A DNA stretch of 64,000 nt from Deltaproteobacteria bacterium (GTDB taxonomy: Bacteria > Desulfobacterota > Desulfuromonadia > Desulfuromonadales > Geopsychrobacteraceae): assembly GCA_024280485.1 (NCBI GenBank), contig JAJRQB010000019.1, positions 3,695 to 67,694 of the forward strand, written 5' to 3'. The notes beneath the pieces are model-generated. The model did no database searches. It was not told the DNA's origin and was given only the letters and a program-made list of their open reading frames with translations. Shown here piece by piece: positions 55,839 through 64,000 of this stretch. Every line of letters starts with the position of its first letter. The first letter of the stretch is position 1. The position numbers and the translations under genes are program-made.

Positions 55839-56871
55839 ACTGACCCATCTATTTAAACTGTGCTTATTACTTGGTCTTTTTTTATTGGTATCTTGTGCGC
55901 CGACGATTGAACCACTTTCTATCTCTGATCCGGAGATAAAGGTGGTTTGGCCTAAAGCACCTGAGTCTCCGCGGATTAAGTTGCTGCGCAGATTAGGTGG
56001 TATCGATGATTTGGTAGATAAAACAAAACGGAAAAACCGTCTATTTCGCTGGTTGACCGGGGAAATGGCGGAACAAATGCCGTTGGTTGCGCCATATGGT
56101 ATCGCAACAAATGGCTTGGGAACCTTATGGATTTCAGATCCTGGCGCTCACGTAGTCCATGTTTTCGATCTAGTTAGGCGAACAGGTAAGCTCTGGACGT
56201 TAGCCGGAGATCGATTCCTTAGCAGTCCAACCGGTATCTGCTATGATCCTGCAAGTCAGAAAGTCTATGTTGCAGATTCTTTACTGAAGAAAGTTTTTGT
56301 TTTCTCTGGGACAGGACAATATCAGGGTGAAATTATTGCAAACCCTCCTTTTGGCCGTCCTGGCGGGTTAGCCATTGATAAACAGGGGAACCTGTTGGTT
56401 GCTGATGTCATAAATGGGGTTATACGCCGTTTTTACTCTGCGGGCGATCAGCTATCTGATTTTGGAAGTCCAACCTCCGCCAACGGTTTATTTAACCGGC
56501 CTATCGGGTTGACGGTTGATTCTACAGGCTTGATTTATGTCATTGATTCTTTGAATTTCAAGATTGAGGTTTTGTCTCAAAGCGGTGAAGCGGTGGCAAG
56601 TATAGGAAAGCTGGGAGATCAGCCTGGTAGCTTATCACGGCCACGTGGAGTTGCAGTAGATAGCTTTGGTCATATTTACGTTGCCGATGCCGCTTTTGAT
56701 AATATACAAATCTTTAATCTCAAGGGGCAACTTTTATTGGTTTTTGGCGACGGAAAGCTTGGCTTGTCAATGCCGGCGAGCCTTGTTATGGACAAGCAAG
56801 ATCGAATCTATGCCGTAGATAGCTTTAATCATCAGATTCAGATTTATCAATTCCTCGGAGTTGATAATTGA
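55819..56871 (+). CDS. NHL-repeat (six-bladed beta-propeller) lipoprotein
   Basis: 350 aa with a lipobox-like LLVSCAP. Repeated P.G.A.D..G.(I/L)YVAD..N..I..F units. The start codon is uncertain (TTG 55819 overlaps the PpiC end). Confidence 0.8.
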   Translation: MCDLLSKLTHLFKLCLLLGLFLLVSCAPTIEPLSISDPEIKVVWPKAPESPRIKLLRRLGGIDDLVDKTKRKNRLFRWLTGEMAEQMPLVAPYGIATNGLGTLWISDPGAHVVHVFDLVRRTGKLWTLAGDRFLSSPTGICYDPASQKVYVADSLLKKVFVFSGTGQYQGEIIANPPFGRPGGLAIDKQGNLLVADVINGVIRRFYSAGDQLSDFGSPTSANGLFNRPIGLTVDSTGLIYVIDSLNFKIEVLSQSGEAVASIGKLGDQPGSLSRPRGVAVDSFGHIYVADAAFDNIQIFNLKGQLLLVFGDGKLGLSMPASLVMDKQDRIYAVDSFNHQIQIYQFLGVDN

Positions 56872-56955
56872 GCTCTTGCGGTATTTTTATTGCATGAGTT
56901 TGAAGAGTCAAGTTCTGCAGACGAGTAATTATATCCCGCACGGGGAGATACATAT

Positions 56956-57702
56956 ATGAATTTCATGATGACCGTTCTACTCTTTTTGCTGGTGGCTGTT
57001 GGTAGCAATAGCTATGCGATACCTTTGACCGCACCAGGCAATAGGCATAATCTCTCGGCAGGTCAAACGTTCGTCAATATTCAAGCAACTTCCGATACGC
57101 GTATATGTGTATTTTGTCACACCCCACATGGTGGTACGCCACAATCCTCATTGTGGAACCGTAAAGATCCATCTATTACATTCCCCCTGTACTTAGGTGC
57201 ACTGGCTATTAAATCAGTCGGTAGCGCCGAATATAGCGCTGCTGACTCAACAGCCTATCCGAATGGTGCCTCCCGCATGTGCCTCTCTTGCCATGATGGT
57301 GTGAGTGCCATAGGGGAGGTGATTACTGGGCTTGAACCATTAACTTCAAAAATTGACATGAATTTTGACACCTTGTTAGCTGCTACAAGTACAGCTGGAG
57401 TTGATCTTTCGATTTCACATCCTGTCTCATTTGTTTATACCCCTACGGTTGTTTCAGACATCAATACATTCCAATCTGCTACTGATTATCAATTTCCCTC
57501 GACGGTCCCTCTGGATAACCTAGGTCGAATGCAGTGTACGACTTGTCACGATCCGCATGATGATACTTCTTCTGGTGGTGGTTATTCTTTACCTTTCTGG
57601 CGGAATTATAGCGGTGTAGGTAATGAAACCGCTGATTACGATAGTACTTGCGACGATTGTCATGTTGGTGGTCCAGGGCCCTTTATCCTCCACGATATGT
57701 AG
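56956..57702 (+). CDS. Secreted tetrahaem c-type cytochrome
   Basis: 248 aa with a signal peptide. Four CXXCH motifs: CVFCHTPH, CLSCHDG, CTTCHDPH and CDDCHVG. Confidence 0.85.
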   Translation: MNFMMTVLLFLLVAVGSNSYAIPLTAPGNRHNLSAGQTFVNIQATSDTRICVFCHTPHGGTPQSSLWNRKDPSITFPLYLGALAIKSVGSAEYSAADSTAYPNGASRMCLSCHDGVSAIGEVITGLEPLTSKIDMNFDTLLAATSTAGVDLSISHPVSFVYTPTVVSDINTFQSATDYQFPSTVPLDNLGRMQCTTCHDPHDDTSSGGGYSLPFWRNYSGVGNETADYDSTCDDCHVGGPGPFILHDM

Positions 57703-57725
57703 TTACAATCACCTAGGATTAATTG

Positions 57726-58847
57726 ATGAATTTTTTTAACAGGTTCCAATGGCATTTGTTGTGGTTGATGATAGTTGGGTTGTTGGTTTGTGCCGCTCCT
57801 GCGCTTTCAGCTTCTGCAAAGAAGAGTAAATCGACAGGGTTGCACGGAAATACAACCCTGCTGCCTAAATCTTGTCGGGCCTGTCATCGTGGTATGCATA
57901 TGTCGATCAGTGGTGAAGAGACCACTTGTCTGCGTGGTCACGGTAACAGTTCGGAACGCAACAAGATGGAAGTCGCCGGGTATGTAAATCCAAGTGCTGC
58001 ACGTGATTATCGTGATATTGAAGCAGAGCTTAATAAGCCCTACAGTCACCCTTCCATAAATATTGACGGTGTGCATCGTCAAGGTGAAGTCTTGCCGGAA
58101 GAACTGGTTAATGCACGTCGTCATTCTGAATGTGTCGATTGTCACGAGCCGCATCAGTTACAAAAAAATGCACCTTATCTCGGGATCAGCAAGCGTGGGA
58201 TCGCTAATTTTAGTGCTGACGTCACTGTGGAATATGAGCTCTGTTACAAATGTCATGCGGACAGTGCGAATCTTCCTGCCAATTCCACCAGTAAGCGCGA
58301 TGAATTTCGACGTACGAATCCTTCTTTCCACCCGATTGAAGGGGAGGGCGCTAACTCTTATGTGATCAGCCTTAAGGCTCCATACCGAGCACGTAAGGAG
58401 CAACCTGGCGATATCTCCACGATCAGTTGCAGTGATTGTCACGGAAGTGACAGTTATGGTGGCCCAAAAGGTCCGCACGGCTCAATTTATCGTGGTTTGT
58501 TGGTCGATAATTATGAGATGGAGTCTGGGCGTAGTGAAAATCAGCGTACTTATTCTCTCTGCTATCGTTGTCACGAACGCAGCAGTCTCCTCGGTAATGA
58601 GAGTTTCCCCTATCATGCTTTGCATATACAGGGAAATGGAACTCGAAATTTTGCCGGGACCAGCTGCTATAGCTGCCATGATGCTCACGGAAGCAGCTCC
58701 AATCAATTCTTGATCCGTTTCAATGAAGAAGTCGTAGAACCAAATATTGCAGGTGATTTGAAATTTAAAGCTGTCGGTGTTGCCAGTCGCCATGGCTCAT
58801 GTGCGCTTAGCTGTCATGGTGTAGATCATGAACCTAAGAGCTATTAG
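57726..58847 (+). CDS. Secreted multihaem c-type cytochrome (6 CXXCH, one CX3CH and one degenerate CXXGH)
   Basis: Signal peptide. CRACH, CVDCH, CYKCH, CSDCH, CYRCH and CYSCH, plus CALSCH, plus CLRGH at 57927-57941. Confidence 0.85.
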   Translation: MNFFNRFQWHLLWLMIVGLLVCAAPALSASAKKSKSTGLHGNTTLLPKSCRACHRGMHMSISGEETTCLRGHGNSSERNKMEVAGYVNPSAARDYRDIEAELNKPYSHPSINIDGVHRQGEVLPEELVNARRHSECVDCHEPHQLQKNAPYLGISKRGIANFSADVTVEYELCYKCHADSANLPANSTSKRDEFRRTNPSFHPIEGEGANSYVISLKAPYRARKEQPGDISTISCSDCHGSDSYGGPKGPHGSIYRGLLVDNYEMESGRSENQRTYSLCYRCHERSSLLGNESFPYHALHIQGNGTRNFAGTSCYSCHDAHGSSSNQFLIRFNEEVVEPNIAGDLKFKAVGVASRHGSCALSCHGVDHEPKSY

Positions 58848-59015
58848 TCTTTGTGGTGTTGTTCATTCAATTGAAGCATGAATTGATTAAATTAGATTTG
58901 TTGCAAATGTTGTACATCCTTATATTATTAGAGAGGGTTAGGAATTGTAGAGGTGAATTGAGTGTTTAGAATGCTAACTAAAATCTGCTAAGCCTCCACT
59001 AAAGAGGAGACATTT

Positions 59016-59243
59016 ATGAATAGTTCAGATTCAGTCAGTATTGAGGCAGTCAGGGCTAAGGTTGTAAGTCTGATCATTCAATGTCCTATTGATGGAAATC
59101 CTGCCTCCTGTCAAATTCATGATAAGAGAAGTTTGTCTTTCTCCGAAAAGTTCGAATGGTTAAAGTCTTTACCTGACACTGAGTTACAAAACATGTATTC
59201 CATCCATTGTGAGTGTTTGAAAGCTAATGGTTATCAGGCCTAA
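59016..59243 (+). CDS. Small hypothetical protein with 4 Cys
   Basis: 75 aa with a GAGGAG RBS. CPIDGNPASC...HCEC. No family recognised. Confidence 0.5.
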   Translation: MNSSDSVSIEAVRAKVVSLIIQCPIDGNPASCQIHDKRSLSFSEKFEWLKSLPDTELQNMYSIHCECLKANGYQA

Positions 59244-59325
59244 GCTGACGTAATTCTTATTGCCCTTGAAGGGACATCGGCTCTAGGTGGGTTACACTGA
59301 GGTCTTTGGGGGGAGGGGACTAGCT

Positions 59326-59946
59326 TTGAGATACATTCTTTTAATCATGCTGCTCATTTATTCGAGCTCAGCCTGTTCCGCGTCTTCAGACCTTCCTTCA
59401 CAAACCTCAAAGTTAGAGTTTCAAGATGTACAGTTCGGGGATTTTCCGTCAGTTGATATGATCTGCGTTAGAGGTCTGTACCCCGTTGGAGAGTTAGGGG
59501 TTGGTATCAGTCTAAATGCTTCAGTTCTTCCTGCATACAACCAACGCGTAGCAATTACTCATTACGCTGGAGTGAAAATCTCAACTCCCGAATTTAGTTA
59601 TTTTGATTATAAAATGTTCATGGTCAGGTTCGCCTTAGAATGTTCGTGGCAGGGGCGACAAGAATGTATTGATATGGTTAGAGCTCGCCTTGATGCAGAG
59701 TATGGTCTAACTCCTGTTGTCATCGTACGAAACAGCAACCATCCAAACTCTCGTGAAGTTGAAGAGTATCAAACTGAATCAGGAAGCCTTATCCGTATTG
59801 ATTGGCTCAAAGAGTATAAAAATATATCGTATCCAAGGGTAAGAATTATTGACGTGAACCTGATGAATAAGTTGAAAAAATCGCTTAACCCAGACTATAC
59901 CCCCGCCAAAATAGAGTTTTTGAATTCTTCTGAATCAGAGAACTGA
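59326..59946 (+). CDS. Hypothetical secreted protein or lipoprotein
   Basis: Starting at TTG 59326 (GGGAGGG RBS) gives (M)RYILLIMLLIYSSSAC, a lipoprotein-like signal. The track start at 59287 is also possible. No family recognised. Confidence 0.5.
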   Translation: MRYILLIMLLIYSSSACSASSDLPSQTSKLEFQDVQFGDFPSVDMICVRGLYPVGELGVGISLNASVLPAYNQRVAITHYAGVKISTPEFSYFDYKMFMVRFALECSWQGRQECIDMVRARLDAEYGLTPVVIVRNSNHPNSREVEEYQTESGSLIRIDWLKEYKNISYPRVRIIDVNLMNKLKKSLNPDYTPAKIEFLNSSESEN

Positions 59947-60147
59947 TTATCCTGCCAAAGTTGATCATTGTTTGAATAATTAGACCAGCGCTGTTTAGAG
60001 AAGATTTTTGCTAACCGATGGCAATGATTGCTTTGGGCGCTTAGGGATGACCTCATGAGTTATTTGCTGCTAGACTGGGCGCTTACTGCAAGTCAAATAA
60101 ATTTCGGAAAAACGTAACATTTGATTCGAAATAAGGAGAAAAACACT

Positions 60148-60390
60148 GTGCTTTTTGAACCAAGAATATCCCTTGAATGCCCCTATTGTGACGAATCGAT
60201 CTATGAAACGTTAAGTTGGTTTAAAAAGGATTATTCGACTTGTCCAGCATGTGAACAAGGGTTAGCTTCTGGTCAGTTTTCCGTTCTCATCGCTAATCTG
60301 GAGAAGGAAATGGCTGCGAATATAGAAGAGATGGTGAATGGCCAGCCACCTACGAGTTGTTGTGGTAATAAGTCTTCCTGTTGTGCATGA
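60148..60390 (+). CDS. Small zinc-ribbon protein with a Cys-rich C-terminal tail
   Basis: GTG 60148 lies 9 nt after an AAGGAG RBS. CPYC...(20)...CPAC zinc-ribbon pattern, ending ...TSCCGNKSSCCA. Confidence 0.5.
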   Translation: MLFEPRISLECPYCDESIYETLSWFKKDYSTCPACEQGLASGQFSVLIANLEKEMAANIEEMVNGQPPTSCCGNKSSCCA

Positions 60391-60433
60391 CCCTTTGGTT
60401 AGCTCACTCACACAATAAGACAGCGGGAGTAGC

Positions 60434-61450
60434 ATGAAAAAAAAAGATCTACGTAGTGATACGGTTACCCATCCTTCCAAACTGATGCGTAAAGCTATGT
60501 CTTCAGCCGAAGTGGGTGACGATGTCTATGGTGAAGATCCCAATGTCAATCGGTTGCAGAGTTACACAGCAGAGCTGACCGGCAAAGAATCTGGTTTGTT
60601 TGTGCCGAGCGGAACCATGAGCAATCTTATTGCCCTGCTTAGTCACTGCCAACGTGGCGATGAATATATCGTTGGTCAGCAGGCCCATACCTACAAATAT
60701 GAGGGGGGAGGAGCCGCAGTTCTGGGTAGTATTCAACCACAACCGCTTGAATTTGCGGCAGATGGTTCTTTGGATCTACAGCAGGTCAAGGCTGCGATCA
60801 AGCCATCAGACTGCCATTTTGCTCGGACACGTCTTCTTTGTCTTGAGAATACTCAGGGCGGTAAGGTTTTATCACTGGAATATCAGGCTGCAGCTGACCA
60901 GTTTGCTAAACAGAACAATTTGTCTCTGCATTTGGATGGCGCCAGAGTTTGCAACGCGGCGGTGGCTCAGTCGGTCTCGCTTCAGGAAATCTGTCAAAAC
61001 TACGCGACAGTGTCGATCTGTCTTTCTAAGGGGTTGGGAGCCCCCGTCGGATCGGTGTTGGTTGGATCTAAAGATTTTATTGAAGAGGCTCATCACTGGC
61101 GGAAGATGTGTGGCGGTGGTATGCGTCAGGCTGGAATGTTGGCGGCAGCGGGTTTGTTCGCACTACAGAAGCAGTATGAACGACTGACAGAAGATCACAT
61201 CAAGGCCCAAACTTTGGCAGAGGGTCTGCAGAAGATCGACCAACTAAGTATCGACAGGGATATGGTGCAGACCAATATGATCTTTATCGATTGTGCTGCA
61301 GGAATACAGGAGCCGCTCACAAATTTTTTGAAGCATAAAGGTATTTTGATCAGTGGGTACGGTCAACTTCGGTTGGTTACTCATCTGGATATTTCAGATT
61401 CATATATTCCCATTGTTATAAAGGCTTTTCAGAATTTTTTTCAGGAGTGA
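60434..61450 (+). CDS. ltaE: Low-specificity L-threonine aldolase
   Basis: 338 aa with DLRSDTVT.P...MR.AM..AEVGDDVYGEDP.VN.L and the PLP lysine context CLSKGLGAPVGS. Confidence 0.85.
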   Translation: MKKKDLRSDTVTHPSKLMRKAMSSAEVGDDVYGEDPNVNRLQSYTAELTGKESGLFVPSGTMSNLIALLSHCQRGDEYIVGQQAHTYKYEGGGAAVLGSIQPQPLEFAADGSLDLQQVKAAIKPSDCHFARTRLLCLENTQGGKVLSLEYQAAADQFAKQNNLSLHLDGARVCNAAVAQSVSLQEICQNYATVSICLSKGLGAPVGSVLVGSKDFIEEAHHWRKMCGGGMRQAGMLAAAGLFALQKQYERLTEDHIKAQTLAEGLQKIDQLSIDRDMVQTNMIFIDCAAGIQEPLTNFLKHKGILISGYGQLRLVTHLDISDSYIPIVIKAFQNFFQE

Positions 61451-61525
61451 CAGATCGCTACAGCACCTTTCTCTAGCCACTTATGCTTATAACAGTCGAA
61501 GGTTCTGATCGAAAGGAGTGAAAAC

Positions 61526-62313
61526 ATGAAAACCACTGCGATAGGGATTGTCGTTTTTTTGTCATTTTTTTTGGACCTGGCTCAGTCCTGGCTCAGGGTA
61601 GGCAGCAACTGGCAGGTGTTGAACTGCAAGCGATGGCTGATACCTTTCAGTATTCGCTTGAAAGCAACAAGACTAATGAATCTTCAGATTGGGTCAATCC
61701 CGACACTGCTCGTTCCGGTGCTGTGGTTCCGACGCGTACTTTTAGTAATTCCCAGAGGCAGACCTGCCGGGAATTCATAACCACAATCATTATTGCCGGC
61801 CAGGAGGAACAGGGTTTTGGCACGGCCTGCCGCCAAGCTGATGGAAGTTGGCTATTGGAAAATGATACGAATTCAACAAACCAGGCTCCGGTTACAACAC
61901 ATACGATAACCACAACTTACCTCGATCGTTCCCCCGAAGCGTATTATGTCTATCCTAGCGGTTTTTTTGGTCGATATCGCATCTATTTGAGTTTTGGACA
62001 TGTCTATCGCAGTGGTCGCCTGCACCGAGGTAACCGCTATATGGATGGCCGAAAATTTCGCAGTAGAAATTCATTTGAGGTAAGGCGTCGGGTCAACGTC
62101 GGACCACAGATTTTATCCCGCTATCGTTTGCATGAAGAGCTGAGTTATCGTGACTGGGATCGGCGTAGCCGTGTAAAACATAAACAAAAGAGAAGTCATG
62201 ATAGGCTGGATTATCGTGACAGGAATCGAGGTCATCGTGACAGGAATCGAGGTCATCGTGACAGGAATCGAAGTCATCGTGACAGGAATCGAAGTGGGAG
62301 AGATCATAATTGA
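61526..62313 (+). pseudogene. Surface-antigen-like secreted protein (COG4520 / RT0821-Lpp0805-type core) split by a frameshift at a T8 tract
   Basis: AAGGAG RBS, then ATG 61526 encoding the signal peptide MKTTAIGIVVFLSFF. The T8 run follows at 61565-61572. The conserved domain (WVNPDTARSGAVVPTRTF...CREF...GFGTACRQADGSW) lies in the -1 frame, which is open from 61522. ATG 61633 of the track ORF has no RBS. Confidence 0.7.
62213..62296 (+). repeat. Tandem repeat, 21 bp x 4, inside the 3' end of the surface-antigen-like gene
   Basis: atcgtgacaggaatcga(g/a)gt(c/g) repeated head-to-tail. It encodes (Y/H)RDRNR(G/S) heptads. Confidence 0.9.
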
Positions 62314-62497
62314 CTTAGAGTCAAATTTACAAAAATTCTAAGTTTAGCGACTGAAATTCGTGACTAAATTACTGATGCATACGTTTGGACTCACCGCTCA
62401 TTTTACTGACTTGCATTGTCGGCATAGTTGGATGTATTAACTATGTTAAGCGGACTTGAGTTAGTCGAGAGTCAAACAATTATTTTGGAGTAAATTA

Positions 62498-63256
62498 ATG
62501 GCAATACGAGAAATGGTCGTAATAGATGAAGAAAAATGTGATGGTTGTGGACTCTGTGTCCCTTCCTGTGCCGAAGGTGCTATCCAGATTATCGATGGCA
62601 AGGCGAAGCTGGTTTCCGATAACCTTTGTGATGGTCTGGGCGCCTGTTTGGGTGACTGTCCGCAAGGAGCTATCACTATTGAAAAGCGGGAAGCCGATGA
62701 GTTTGATGAAGAGGCGGTTGGAAAACGCTTGAAAGATCTTGGTCGGGCACCTGAGCCACCTCATTCTGCCCCCGTTCAAGCTGGTGGTTGCCCATCGGCC
62801 CAGGTTCAGAGTTTTGCTGGATGTCCATCCTCACAGGTCAAGTCGGTTACTCCTGCGGTAACGACGACTGGTGATGCCGCAGGTCAAAGACCTTCTGAAC
62901 TGCGCCAGTGGCCGATACAGCTTAATTTGGTTCCACCGACCGCACCTTTTTTGCAAGGTGCCGACCTTTTACTGGCGGCTGATTGTGTTCCTTTTGCCTA
63001 TGCAGATTTTCACAAGGACATGTTGAAGGACAATGCATTGCTGATTGCTTGTCCCAAATTGGATGACGGACAAGCCTATATCGAAAAGTTGAGCCAAATC
63101 TTCGCAGATGGTGGGATTAAGTCGCTGACTATTGCGATAATGGAAGTCCCTTGTTGTGCTGGCCTGACTGCAATTGTTCGTCAAGCTTTAACCCAAAGTG
63201 GTGCCAATATCCCATTGGAAATTGTCACTGTTGGTATCAACGGAAACATCAAGTAG
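62498..63256 (+). CDS. 4Fe-4S dicluster domain protein with a conserved uncharacterised C-terminal domain
   Basis: 252 aa. CDGCGLCVPSC and CDGLGACLGDCP ferredoxin-type motifs. The C-terminal part has CVPF...ACPKLD...EVPCC. Confidence 0.75.
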   Translation: MAIREMVVIDEEKCDGCGLCVPSCAEGAIQIIDGKAKLVSDNLCDGLGACLGDCPQGAITIEKREADEFDEEAVGKRLKDLGRAPEPPHSAPVQAGGCPSAQVQSFAGCPSSQVKSVTPAVTTTGDAAGQRPSELRQWPIQLNLVPPTAPFLQGADLLLAADCVPFAYADFHKDMLKDNALLIACPKLDDGQAYIEKLSQIFADGGIKSLTIAIMEVPCCAGLTAIVRQALTQSGANIPLEIVTVGINGNIK

Positions 63257-63350
63257 GCTCTAGGGCTGTAGTTGGTGCCTATAGATAATTGACATTGCAC
63301 TCTATGTTTATATTTTTCAAGGCGAGGGGGCACCAAACCTAAACCTTAGA

Positions 63351-63387
63351 ACCCGACAGCTGGCTACCTCCGGCTGTCGGGTTTTTT
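63351..63387 (+). terminator. Rho-independent terminator
   Basis: cccgacagc-(12 nt)-gctgtcggg followed by tttttt. Confidence 0.8.
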
Positions 63388-63462
63388 ATTTCATCATCCC
63401 AAATTTACTGTTTGTTGACTTTTATCAAGTAATAATCATTGTGATTGTGATTTACTTAGCGG

Positions 63463-64000
63463 ATGAAAAAATTATTTATCCTGTTTTTTTTATTACTGTC
63501 GTCTTGTGCCTCCCAAATAGAAACTCTTCCAGTAGAGGGTATTGGGCAACTTACTGTCCACCCCCTTGCCAAGTCGTTCAATCTGGACTCTGCGGAGGTT
63601 TCAATTGATGGTCGTCTGGTTGCGTGGGGTGACAATTATCTAAACCTGTATGATGTGGCAAATCAGGACCATAAGCACCTGCTTATGACTCATCCTGATG
63701 CGCTTTGCTGGTCCCCTGATGGCACATTGTTGGCTGCCGTAGTTCCTGCTGAGGGTGAGTCACATCTCTATGTTTTTGATCAAAATGGTAGCGCTGTTTT
63801 TGATGCGCCGTTTTCCGGTCGAGTAGGGCGGTTGCAATGGCCATACGCTGGGATTTTAACGGCAGGAGTGGTCAAGCATAAAACCTATACATTCGGTACG
63901 CATATGACCGGCCAGTTACTCCAGTGGGACAAGCATTGGCAGGTCTCAAAGACCTTGTTGTACGAAACGACAATTACCCCAGCCACTGCTTTTCTTCTTG
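63463..64000 (+). CDS. Lipoprotein, possibly beta-propeller (WSPDG motif); 5' part only, runs off the window
   Basis: Not in the ORF track because it has no stop. ATG 63463 encodes MKKLFILFFLLLSSCAS (lipobox LLSSC). The frame is open to position 64000 and contains LCWSPDGTLLA. Confidence 0.65.
   Translation, partial: MKKLFILFFLLLSSCASQIETLPVEGIGQLTVHPLAKSFNLDSAEVSIDGRLVAWGDNYLNLYDVANQDHKHLLMTHPDALCWSPDGTLLAAVVPAEGESHLYVFDQNGSAVFDAPFSGRVGRLQWPYAGILTAGVVKHKTYTFGTHMTGQLLQWDKHWQVSKTLLYETTITPATAFLL

Overview
This 64-kb window looks like ordinary core chromosome from a roughly 50% GC Desulfuromonadales/Geobacter-like deltaproteobacterium. That taxonomic call is an inference from gene content: multihaem cytochromes next to an NHL-repeat protein, sigma-54 enhancer-binding proteins, and chemosensory genes. 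I see no CRISPR array, transposase, integrase or prophage.

Gene content, in order:
- SEC-C protein, hspQ, yjbR-like gene and an Epd-like dehydrogenase.
- A GC-rich Phd/ParE toxin-antitoxin islet, then pyruvate carboxylase and ptsP (EI-Ntr).
- A sigma-54 activator with an [FeFe]-hydrogenase-like sensor domain, co-directional with an orphan OppD/OppF-type ABC ATPase pair.
- tex, a PHP-domain protein, crotonase, hrpB, an M20 peptidase, an M23 peptidase, TPR proteins and acpH.
- Two divergent radical-SAM genes.
- A hybrid histidine kinase followed by an LVIVD-repeat protein, then a TonB-dependent receptor and TonB.
- A non-canonical chemosensory module: REC-DUF4388, Hpt-CheW, CheA-REC and an MCP.
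- tRNA Arg-His-Leu, then tig-clpP-clpX-lon-hup, then tRNA Asp-Val-Asp.
- A PpiC / NHL / two-multihaem-cytochrome operon.
- A more AT-rich patch of small Cys-rich ORFs, ltaE, a surface-antigen-like gene and a 4Fe-4S protein.

Main findings:
1. Between the sigma-54 activator gene and ptsP there is a complete stand-alone transcription unit on the minus strand. It has two palindromic candidate activator sites, a perfect TGGCAC-N5-TTGCT element, about 110 nt with no ORF and C/U-rich unpaired stretches, and a strong intrinsic terminator. I read this as a candidate sigma-54-dependent small RNA. The alternative is a terminating leader for ptsP.
2. Several conserved genes are broken in the sequence as given. 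There are in-frame TAG codons in pyruvate carboxylase (at the conserved Gln codon) and in the Phd antitoxin beside an intact ParE toxin. There is an in-frame TGA in the LVIVD protein.
3. A T8 homopolymer separates the signal peptide of the surface-antigen gene from its mature domain. The same gene carries a 21-bp x4 tandem repeat at its 3' end.

All calls come from reading the sequence and the translated ORFs. No database search was run.
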